A DNA stretch of 64,000 nucleotides from Candidatus Pacearchaeota archaeon. Lineage in GTDB: Archaea > Nanobdellota > Nanobdellia > Pacearchaeales > GW2011-AR1. Under the pieces are notes generated by a model that saw only the letters and a program-made list of their open reading frames with translations, searched no databases and was not told where the DNA came from. Positions 47,521-55,903 of this stretch are shown in pieces. How positions within the stretch are numbered: position 1 is the stretch's first letter; each line of letters begins with the position of its first letter. Position numbers and translations under genes: made by a program. The stretch covers positions 5,990 through 69,989 of the forward strand of contig JBAZCR010000003.1 in assembly GCA_041654895.1 (NCBI GenBank), written 5' to 3'.

Positions 47521-49026
47521 ATGGCTGATATAAAAAAGGTGATAGAAGAAATTATGACAAAATCTCATTTAATGAATGATTTAAAATCTATGAATATGTC
47601 TGACGGTAATAATTTTAAATCGACTGCATCTTATAAGATAGTTTATGATTCACCTCAGAATCAATTAGAACCAATTTATTATTGGATTTTGGATTTTTTA
47701 AATGGGGCTTTTCAAGTAAAAAAAATTACAGATAATTTTATGAGTAGTCCTGGAAGTGGCCATTTTAGTGATATGGGACAAAGAGTTACTAAGATGCAAG
47801 AGGAGGGAATGAAAATTTTAGGTGGTTTAAATCAAGTTATTAAATCTTCACTAAATTTAATTTACGACTTAAAAGATTTTAGACAGAGACTTCAACATTA
47901 TGAAGATGCGAATTCAAAGGATTCTAAAATAAAAGAATCAGGGGATTTGGCATTGAAACAAATTTGGCTTGATAGTGTAGATTTGCAAAAAAGGGGAAGA
48001 GGTTCAATTCACCAAATGACAGCTGAATTAGGGTATACTACTTTAAGAGAAGCATTTATGATTGCTAATTCTTTAGAGGATCTTGAAAAAATGTCTGATC
48101 CTGAAGATGGTATTATTAACGATACTGTTGCGAGAGTATTAAAACCAAGGCTTCAAGAATTTTTACATTGGAAAGATGTCTCTTATCAGGAATTAACTAA
48201 AAGATACAATATTGAGAAGAGTTATTTAAAGAGTCAAGTAGAAACAATTAAATTATATTCTTCTTGGATGAAACCATATCTTAAAGCTGCTGAAGAATTA
48301 AGGCAAAAGGGTTTTGAAAGCGACGCAGCTTTAGTAAATGCTTTTTCTACAAGTTTATTTGAGTTAACTTTATTTTGTAAAAAAAAGGTTTCTCTTCCTG
48401 GAAAGGTTAGCGATTATAAATTGAATAGAGATTATTATGCTTGTTTAGTTATTGATTTTAGATTTAGAGGACATGTTATGCAAAGGGTAAATCAAAAAGG
48501 TGATTATGTTCCTGCATACGGGGGTAGAGTTGATTTAGTATTAAATTCATATGCACTAAATAGTGAAGAATTAGGGTTTATAGAAAAAGAATTAGAGAAA
48601 AAAGAATTTGACGAAATTTTAGATTTTAATAGTGATATGGCTAAAGAAGCTTTAGATGAATTAAAAGGAGATTTAGAAGAATTCTTAAAAAATGATAAGA
48701 AAAGTGAAAAAAAAGAAGAGTCAAAAAAAGAGGATAAATCTAATGATATAAATCCTTTTAGTGCTTTATTTGGGTTATTTAATTCTAAGAAAAGAATAGT
48801 TAAAAGCAAAAAACAAGTAAATGACTTAAAGGATATTAAAACTGATAATTGGGTTGAAAAGCAAGCGAGGGTTGAAGCAATTAATACTGCTGGAAGTTGG
48901 CTATATAGGGTTTATGATATTTATAAAAAATCTCATGGAATGGCTTCTAGTCCAAATGAATTTGATTTTGGGGAAGCAAAAGAACCTGATACTGATTTGG
49001 GTGAAGTTTTCAAAAAATTAAATTAA
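47521..49026 (+). CDS. large helical hypothetical protein (no family recognised)
   Basis: 501-aa uninterrupted ORF with coding-like composition; long predicted helices; K/E-rich segment near the C-terminus. No nucleotide-binding or catalytic motif found. Confidence 0.55.
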   Translation: MADIKKVIEEIMTKSHLMNDLKSMNMSDGNNFKSTASYKIVYDSPQNQLEPIYYWILDFLNGAFQVKKITDNFMSSPGSGHFSDMGQRVTKMQEEGMKILGGLNQVIKSSLNLIYDLKDFRQRLQHYEDANSKDSKIKESGDLALKQIWLDSVDLQKRGRGSIHQMTAELGYTTLREAFMIANSLEDLEKMSDPEDGIINDTVARVLKPRLQEFLHWKDVSYQELTKRYNIEKSYLKSQVETIKLYSSWMKPYLKAAEELRQKGFESDAALVNAFSTSLFELTLFCKKKVSLPGKVSDYKLNRDYYACLVIDFRFRGHVMQRVNQKGDYVPAYGGRVDLVLNSYALNSEELGFIEKELEKKEFDEILDFNSDMAKEALDELKGDLEEFLKNDKKSEKKEESKKEDKSNDINPFSALFGLFNSKKRIVKSKKQVNDLKDIKTDNWVEKQARVEAINTAGSWLYRVYDIYKKSHGMASSPNEFDFGEAKEPDTDLGEVFKKLN

Positions 49027-49055
49027 TTTTCGCGTTAATGATTAATCTTTAAGTT

Positions 49056-50105
49056 TTATTCATCAATATACGAGAATTCTAAATAATCTGAATTATATGT
49101 TGGTGGCTCTTCTACTCTAGCAATTTTTAGTTTTGTTTTATCATAAACCTGTTTAACATCTTGCATCTTAATTATCATTCTATTTTTTTCTTTATCTAAA
49201 TAATAATTTTGAGTTATTTTTCTTATTTTATTTTCTAATTCATTTAATTCTTTATCATATACACAAAAATAAATTACAGTGCCTTCATCTGTTTTATGTC
49301 CATATGGTAATATATTATGTTTTTTTAATCTATTTTTATATTGGTGAGCATCTTTTGTTTTAGCAGTGCATAGATGAACATTTAACTTTGATTTTTTTAG
49401 TTTTTTTATAATCCAGATACCTGATTTTTTTGATTTTGAAATTGTATAAGTATCTTTATTTAATTTATATTTTTTTGTTATAATATCAAAATTAGTTTCA
49501 GAGATTTCAAATTCATTTAAATTTACAAATGAGATATATTCTTCTAAATCTTTAATGTAATTTAAAATCTTTCTTTTTTCTTGAGGGATTAATGGTAATT
49601 CTAATCCTACTTTCTTTTTTGTTAAAATTCCTGAAATTTCTTTAATTTTTTGTTTTTCTTGTTCTTTGTTTTCTGAGCTAATTAAAAAAGAAGGATGGAA
49701 TCTAAATTCATCTATATATTTTGATAATTCTTTAATTTTTTTAGTTGTTACTAAATTTAATGGTAAATAAATATGTATATGAAAATTTTTTCCAAATTCT
49801 TTTTTTAATGTTTTAGCATAGTTTAATGTTTTATTATAGCTTACTAATGGATCTCCTCCAGTTATTCCTGCGCCTTTAGCATTATTTTCTTTAACTTCTA
49901 AAATAACATCTTTTATATTTTTACAAGGTCTTTCATTTGCATATGTTTTTTCTTCTTTTTTTCTGTTTTCACTTAGAGAGCAATACCAACATGAACGAGA
50001 GCATTTTCCTGTAATAAATAAAACTAATTTTTCTCCACTTAAACAATATTTACATCCTAAGGGCAAGTTGTTCTTGAGATATGAATCATATTTTGTTTTT
50101 TTCAT
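49056..50105 (-). CDS. radical SAM protein (COG2108-like, PFL-activase related)
   Basis: LGCKYCLSGEKLVLFITGKCSRSCWYCSL contains the CxxxCxxC radical-SAM cluster motif; 349 aa. Confidence 0.8.
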   Translation of the reverse strand: MKKTKYDSYLKNNLPLGCKYCLSGEKLVLFITGKCSRSCWYCSLSENRKKEEKTYANERPCKNIKDVILEVKENNAKGAGITGGDPLVSYNKTLNYAKTLKKEFGKNFHIHIYLPLNLVTTKKIKELSKYIDEFRFHPSFLISSENKEQEKQKIKEISGILTKKKVGLELPLIPQEKRKILNYIKDLEEYISFVNLNEFEISETNFDIITKKYKLNKDTYTISKSKKSGIWIIKKLKKSKLNVHLCTAKTKDAHQYKNRLKKHNILPYGHKTDEGTVIYFCVYDKELNELENKIRKITQNYYLDKEKNRMIIKMQDVKQVYDKTKLKIARVEEPPTYNSDYLEFSYIDE

Positions 50106-50129
50106 TAGAATAATAAATTTATTTTAATT

Positions 50130-51902
50130 TTAAATTCCCCAAGTTTCTTGTTTTTTCCTTTTTATTTGGGCGATTTTTTGTAGCACTTGTTTTTCATCGT
50201 TGGTTAATAATTCTCTATTTTGTTTAAACTCTCTAAACTGAGTTTCGCCTAAATTAGTATATAGTTTTTCTCCAATGTTTAATTGTCTTTCAAAATTGAC
50301 TCCTGGCATTGAAATTGCAACTTCTTGATTAATTGTTGCTTCTTGAACTGATTTTTTTTCATGTTGTATCTCTTTAACATGTCCTATTCTTTCATTTTCT
50401 GAATTAATAAAATTCAATTCTTTTTTTAGTATACCGCCTTCTACTTTTACACCAAAAACTGCTGGATTAGAATTTCTAAATACAAAATCTAAAATTGTAA
50501 ACTCGCATATTGTAGGTAATTTTGATAATTTTCTTCTTTCAATTTCTTTTTGTTTTTCAATTTTCCATTCTTGAAAGTCATCTATTAATTTATAGACAAC
50601 TTCATTTGTTAAAATTTTTATTTTTTTGATTTCATCTAAATCTTCAATATCTTCACTAAGTCCAATGTTAAATCCTATTATTGCTTTATCTTCTTCAGGT
50701 AATGAGTTAGCAAAATAAATATCTTTTTTAGTGATTGATCCAATGTCTGCTTTTATTATTTTAATATTTTTTTCTTTTAATAGAACTATTAATGCTTCTA
50801 AACTACCAAGTGAATCTGCTTTAATTAAAATGCCTTTAGGATTATTTTCAATTTTATAAGATACTTCTTTTTTGAATTGTTCTTCAATTTCTTCTAAATT
50901 ATTATCTATTACTTGAAAAGGCATTCCTGGTAGTATATCTTCTTTAGATGCTAGTTGTAGTTTAATTCCTGATGCTGCTTTTATTTGATCTACTGTTTGA
51001 TAACCTCTATTTAATGGAAGTGCTTCCTGGATATTTCTTATTTTAGACGTAACTGTTTTATCAAATGAGGCAATTGCAATTTCATCTTTATTTGTTAGTA
51101 TTCCATCGTATAATATACATTCTAAATAATTGATTGATTTGTCTTTTTTTACTTCTAATATCACGCCTTTTCCTATATTTGACACACTTATTTGTTTTGT
51201 TAAGTATTTTTGAGATAAGGCTATTATCATTGCGAGAATTTCGTTTATTCCTTCGCCTGTTTTTGCTGAACAAGGGATTATAGCTATATTTTTAGTAAAA
51301 TCTTTTATTTTAAAGTATAATTCAGGATTTAATTCATATGAATTTAGAGAACCAATTAGTGTATAATACTTTTCTTCAAATTCTTCTTTGACCCTTGTTG
51401 CTTGGTTTTGGATTGATTCATGTGAATTAAGTGATTTTGATGTTTGCCATCCTGAGATATTATCAATTTTATTTAGTGCGATAATAAATGGAGTTTTATT
51501 TGCCTTTAAAAGTTGTAATACCTCTGCTGTTTGTGGTTTTATTCCGTCGTTAATATCAATAACTAATATAGCAATATCAGCTAAAGAGCCTCCTCTTTTT
51601 CTTAAATTTGTAAATGCTGCATGGCCTGGTGTATCAATAAACAGTAAACCTGGTATTTCTAAGGGGATGTTAAATTTTGTTAAAATATCTTTTGTTCTTT
51701 TCTGGATTATTTCTTTAGGTAATGTTGTAAACGAAATTTTTTGGGTTATTCCTCCTGCTTCTTTTTCTTGAATAGAGGTACTCCTAATTCTATCTAGTAA
51801 ACTTGTTTTTCCATGATCAACATGGCCTGCAACTGTCACAATCGGTTGACGGATACGCTGAGGGATTATATTTGCCATAAATAAAATGGGTGAAAAAGAC
51901 AT
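50130..51902 (-). CDS. infB: translation initiation factor aIF-5B (IF-2 family GTPase)
   Basis: VAGHVDHGKTSLLDRIR, FIDTPGHAAF, ALNKID; 590 aa. An alternative ATG lies 8 codons downstream (51878). Confidence 0.93.
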   Translation of the reverse strand: MSFSPILFMANIIPQRIRQPIVTVAGHVDHGKTSLLDRIRSTSIQEKEAGGITQKISFTTLPKEIIQKRTKDILTKFNIPLEIPGLLFIDTPGHAAFTNLRKRGGSLADIAILVIDINDGIKPQTAEVLQLLKANKTPFIIALNKIDNISGWQTSKSLNSHESIQNQATRVKEEFEEKYYTLIGSLNSYELNPELYFKIKDFTKNIAIIPCSAKTGEGINEILAMIIALSQKYLTKQISVSNIGKGVILEVKKDKSINYLECILYDGILTNKDEIAIASFDKTVTSKIRNIQEALPLNRGYQTVDQIKAASGIKLQLASKEDILPGMPFQVIDNNLEEIEEQFKKEVSYKIENNPKGILIKADSLGSLEALIVLLKEKNIKIIKADIGSITKKDIYFANSLPEEDKAIIGFNIGLSEDIEDLDEIKKIKILTNEVVYKLIDDFQEWKIEKQKEIERRKLSKLPTICEFTILDFVFRNSNPAVFGVKVEGGILKKELNFINSENERIGHVKEIQHEKKSVQEATINQEVAISMPGVNFERQLNIGEKLYTNLGETQFREFKQNRELLTNDEKQVLQKIAQIKRKKQETWGI

Positions 51903-52121
51903 TAAAAACGTTTTGAATGAAAAAATATCTAAGAGTAGAATTTTATTTAAACATATTAAAGGAAATTGTAAAACTATCTTTGAAATAAAAAGATACCACG
52001 AGGATTTTATTCTTATAATAAATGAAAAGAAGAAAGATAAAAATATTTTTGAAATTCTAAATTTTCATCTTTTAAAAACATTTAGAGATAAATTTTTAAA
52101 ATTACCAATTTTATATTTATT

Positions 52122-52412
52122 ATGGTTTTGTTAGAAGATTTAAGAGAGAAATATGAATTTGATTTAAATGGGATAGCTAGCAAAATTTTGTCCAAAAATT
52201 ATAAGTCTGTTTTATTACAGTTTCCAGATGGTTTGAAACAATATTCTACTTTTATTTATGATTATTTGAGGGAGAAATGTAATAATGTTGATTTTGCAAT
52301 TTGGTTAGGCAGTTGTTTTGGGGCTTGTGATATCCCAGATGTAGATTATGATTTGATAGTTCAATTCGGTCATTCTCCTTATGGGACTAAGGTTTTTAAT
52401 GAATTGGATTAA
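52122..52412 (+). pseudogene. truncated Dph2 (diphthamide synthesis, 2-(3-amino-3-carboxypropyl)histidine synthase) N-terminal remnant
   Basis: YEFDLNGIASKILSKNYKSVLLQFPDGLKQY...LGSCFGACDI...DLIVQFGHS matches the N-terminal third of Dph2. The ORF stops after 96 aa and overlaps the scpB 3' end. Confidence 0.55.
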
Positions 52413-52978
52413 TTATTCTTTTTGTTGTGTAAACTAAAATATTCATAAAATTCATTTGATAATTCTAAAATTAATGTACGCCCATAAGGTTTTGCATTTA
52501 CTAATCCTAATTCTCTAAATTTCTTTATATGGTCGTATGATTTATTTCCTCTAATGTTAATTACAACTGATTGTTTTACAGGTTGTTTATATGCTATTAT
52601 CGCAAGAGTTTCTTGTTCTGCTTTTGTAAATTCTACATTTCCTGTAGCTAATTTGTTAATCAGATAATTATATTCTTTTGATACATCCATTTTCCAACTA
52701 TTATTTATAGAAATAACCCTTATTGCTCCATTAGAATATTTTCTTTTAAGGTTATTTAGAATCTTACTTAATAATAAATGATTCAATCCTGTTAGCATTG
52801 TTAGTTCATTTAAGTCCATAAATTTCCCTGCAACAAATAAAGATGCTTCAACTAATTCCTCTGATTTTTTTTCGTGTTCTTCAAATTCATTTTCAATTTC
52901 TTGAGCTGTAGAATTTGTTATTATTGAGGTTTTTTCTTTAAAATCTAATTCAATTGTAGGTTTATCCTCTTCTTTCAT
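52409..52978 (-). CDS. scpB: segregation and condensation protein B
   Basis: VEASLFVAGKFMDLNELTMLTG and TKAEQETLAIIAYKQPVKQSVVINIRG (two wHTH ScpB modules); 189 aa. Confidence 0.8.
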   Translation of the reverse strand: MKEEDKPTIELDFKEKTSIITNSTAQEIENEFEEHEKKSEELVEASLFVAGKFMDLNELTMLTGLNHLLLSKILNNLKRKYSNGAIRVISINNSWKMDVSKEYNYLINKLATGNVEFTKAEQETLAIIAYKQPVKQSVVINIRGNKSYDHIKKFRELGLVNAKPYGRTLILELSNEFYEYFSLHNKKNN

Positions 52979-53027
52979 GAGGTATAATATATGTTTTGAT
53001 TTTTAAGGGTTGTTATTAGTTTTAGAA

Positions 53028-53777
53028 TTATTTAAAAATACCTCTCCAAAACCCTTGTTTTTCTTCTGAAGATTCTCCTAATATCTTTCTTGCAATTTCA
53101 ATATATTTTTTTGAGACTTTGCTTCTTGGGTGTGTATGAATAACTGCATCTTTTTTTGTTAATGCTTCTTTTACTGATTTATCTTCTGGAATTACTCCAA
53201 TAACTGGCGTTTCTAACATTGATTTTATTGACGATAAGGGCATTTCATATTTAGCATTTTTATGTCTTGTAATAATTATTCCTGTTACATTTTTATTTTT
53301 CTCTCTTGCAACTTTAACTGCCTTTAATGCATCAGTAACAGCAGGCATTTCTGGATTTGTTACGACAATAATTTCTTCACTAGCTTCTATTACAGCCATT
53401 ACTTCTTCCCCAAAACCAGCTGCAGAATCAAAAATCACAAAGTCAAATTTTTCTTTTAATTTTTGAGCTATTTCTGGGATTTTTTTTGTATTAAATTTTG
53501 TTAATTCTTTTACAGATAATGAAGATGGAATTATTTTAGTTCCAGAATAATGCTCATATATTGCATCTTCTATTTGTGCCTTGCCTTTTAGTACATGATT
53601 TAATGTTATTGGAACAATTGGTGCTCCTAAATGAATTCCAATGTTAGGGGTATTTAAATTTGCATCGACAATTACTGTTTGTTTATTTAATTTATTTAGT
53701 GAAGCTCCTAAATTTATTGCAGTAGTTGTTTTGCCTACACCTCCTTTTCCAGAGTTTATAACAATAATTCTTGCCAT
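53028..53777 (-). CDS. minD: MinD/ParA-family P-loop ATPase
   Basis: Deviant Walker A INSGKGGVGKTTTAINL; Walker B FVIFDSAAG; 249 aa. Confidence 0.88.
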   Translation of the reverse strand: MARIIVINSGKGGVGKTTTAINLGASLNKLNKQTVIVDANLNTPNIGIHLGAPIVPITLNHVLKGKAQIEDAIYEHYSGTKIIPSSLSVKELTKFNTKKIPEIAQKLKEKFDFVIFDSAAGFGEEVMAVIEASEEIIVVTNPEMPAVTDALKAVKVAREKNKNVTGIIITRHKNAKYEMPLSSIKSMLETPVIGVIPEDKSVKEALTKKDAVIHTHPRSKVSKKYIEIARKILGESSEEKQGFWRGIFK

Positions 53778-53850
53778 TGGGTTAATTTAGTAAAATTTTC
53801 TAATTTATAAGTTTATCTTATAAAGTTTTAATTTAATAATTAATAATAGT

Positions 53851-53865
53851 AAGGTTTATAAACAT
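53851..53865 (+). promoter_or_regulatory. putative rRNA operon promoter (BRE/TATA-like)
   Basis: AAGGTTTATAAACAT lies about 115 nt upstream of the 16S processing-stem arm and 265 nt upstream of mature 16S. It is the only strong TATA-like element after minD. Confidence 0.35.
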
Positions 53866-53967
53866 TATTTTGTCAATAAATTTACATATGAAAACTTTGG
53901 AGATAATATCCAAAGCTTCAAGTTATATTTTTGAAGCTAGAATGAGTGCCAAATCTTTTTTGGTGTG

Positions 53968-53979
53968 AGGATGGCCAGT
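53968..53979 (+). repeat. 5' arm of the 16S rRNA processing stem
   Basis: AGGATGGCCAGT pairs with ACTGGCCATTCT at 55606-55617 (12 bp, one G:U), bracketing the 16S. Confidence 0.7.
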
Positions 53980-54117
53980 TTTAGTTATGTCTTAATAGTC
54001 AAGGATAGACCTTTTTAATTCTTGTTTGGATTAAACATCTCAATAAATGATATGGCAAATTTTGAATGGTTTTAACCTTTTAACCGTTTGAAAACGAGTG
54101 AGGATTTAACTCGGATA

Positions 54118-55573
54118 ATTCCAGTTGATCCTGCTGGAGGATGCTGCTATTTGGCTTGGACTTAGGCATGCAAGTTATTTCTTTTGGAATCTCTAAAAGG
54201 AAAGCGAACTGCTCAGTAACACGTAGTTAATCTGTCCTTGGGTAAAGGATAACCACGGGAAACTGTGGCTAATACTTTATAGGAGTTTGGTGCTGGAATG
54301 CTCTTACTTTTAAACGTATAGGCCCAAGGGTGAGACTGCGGCTGATTAGCTTGTTGGTGGGGTAACTGCCTACCAAGGCGATGATCAGTAGGGGCTCTTA
54401 GCGGAGTCGCCCCGAGAAGGAATCTGAGACACTATTCCTAGCTCTACGGAGTGCAGCAGCTGCGAATCTTTTACAATGCACGAAAGTGTGATAAAGTGAG
54501 CCAAAGTGCTTATCAATGATAAGCTTTTTTTCTGTGTAAAAATCAGAAAGAATAAGGACTGGGAAAGACCGGTGCCAGCCGCCGCGGTAATACCGGCAGT
54601 TCAAGTTGCATCCAACTTTATTGGGTCTAAAACATCCGTAGCTTGTTTATTAAGTCTCTTGTGAAATCCTACGTCTCAAGCGTGGGGCTTGCAGGGGATA
54701 CTGATAAGCTAGAGACCGGTAGACGTAAGGAGTACAATCAAGGTAATGGTTAAATATGTTAATCTTGGTTGGACTAACAATTAGCGAAGGCACCTTACGA
54801 GGACGGATCTGACAGTGAGGGATGAAGGCCAGGGGCGCAAAACGGATTAGATACCCGTGTAGTCCTGGCAGTAAACACTGTTCACTAAACATCGGGCCCT
54901 CTTCGAGAGGATTCGGTGCTGAAGGGAAGCTGTAGAGTGAACTACCTGGGAAGTATAGTCGCAAGGTCGAAACTTAAAGGAATTGGCGGGGAGACATACA
55001 ACGAGTGACGCGTGCGGTTTAATTAGATTCTACACCGTGAACCTCACCAGGAGCGACAGCAGGATGAAGGTCAGTCTAAAGGGCTTACCTGACACGCTGA
55101 GCGGAGATGCATGGCCAACGTCAGCCTGTGTTGTGAAATGACCTGTTAAATCAGGTAACAGGCGAGACCCGTGTTAATAATTACTACAGAAATGGGTACA
55201 TTATTGAGACTGCCTTGGTAACAAGGAGGAAGGTGCGGGCTACGTTAGGTGAGTACGTCCCTAATCCCCTGGGCTACACGCGCGCGGCAATGGTATGTTC
55301 AATGAGATGCAACTCTGAGAAGAGAAGCTAATCCCCTAAAACTTATCTCAGTTCAGATCGAGGGTTGCAACCCACCCTCGTGACGCTGGAATTCGTAGTA
55401 ATCGGATTTTAGCATAGTCCGGTGAATATGTCCCTGTCTCTTGCACACACCGCCCGTCATCGCAACCGAGTTATGGTTGGAAGAAGCCTATTTGAGGAAG
55501 ATTCTTATTATGACAAGGTAGCGCAAGTCGTCACAAGGTATCTGTAGGGGAACCTGCAGATGGATCACCTCCT
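54118..55573 (+). rRNA. 16S rRNA (archaeal), about 1456 nt
   Basis: 5' ATTCCAGTTGATCCTGCTGGAGG; GTGCCAGCCGCCGCGGTAATAC; GGATTAGATACCCGTGTAGTCC; AAACTTAAAGGAATTGGCGG; GCACACACCGCCCGTC; 3' GGATCACCTCCT. GC-rich island in AT-rich DNA. Confidence 0.93.
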
Positions 55574-55605
55574 ATAAATTTTAATTAAGCTTATCTATTA
55601 TAATT

Positions 55606-55617
55606 ACTGGCCATTCT
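55606..55617 (+). repeat. 3' arm of the 16S rRNA processing stem
   Basis: Complement of 53968-53979. Confidence 0.7.
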
Positions 55618-55662
55618 AGCTTTAATTTATAAATAAAGGAAGTTTAATTTTCATATTGTTTT

Positions 55663-55733
55663 GGGCCTGTAGTCTAATGGTAGAATACCTCGCTTGCACC
55701 GAGGAGACCCGTGTTCAACTCACGGCAGGTCCA
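55663..55733 (+). tRNA. tRNA-Ala (anticodon TGC) in the 16S-23S spacer
   Basis: Acceptor GGGCCTG/CAGGTCC with the G3:U70 Ala identity pair. Anticodon stem CCTCG/CGAGG, loop CTTGCAC, T-arm CCGTG-TTCAACT-CACGG. 71 nt with an irregular D-arm. Confidence 0.85.
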
Positions 55734-55857
55734 TTTAGGTTTACAAAACCTAAACAAAATGATGAACCGAGCAAAATTTTTTGTTTGGGGAGTTTGAGAC
55801 TAAAATTTTTTGTCAAAGATGAAAAATTAAGAAATCAAAAGTTATAGTCAATGAGAA

Positions 55858-55876
55858 CAGTATAAAAAATCGATAC
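55858..55876 (+). repeat. 5' arm of the 23S rRNA processing stem
   Basis: CAGTATAAAAAATCGATAC pairs with GTATTGATTTTTTATACTG at 58734-58752 (19 bp, one G:U). Confidence 0.8.
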
Positions 55877-55903
55877 TGGCAAGTAAAGAAGATTTAAATC
55901 CTA

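Noticed and set aside
51886-52134. 82-aa ORF upstream of the Dph2 remnant, overlapping the infB start on the other strand.
   Set aside because: Low-complexity K/I/F-rich translation. It is more likely divergent promoter/leader DNA.
55759-55765. Exact C-box-like AUGAUGA in the 16S-23S spacer downstream of tRNA-Ala.
   Set aside because: No D or D' box (CUGA) lies within the following 70 nt, and there is no terminal stem. It is probably a chance match.
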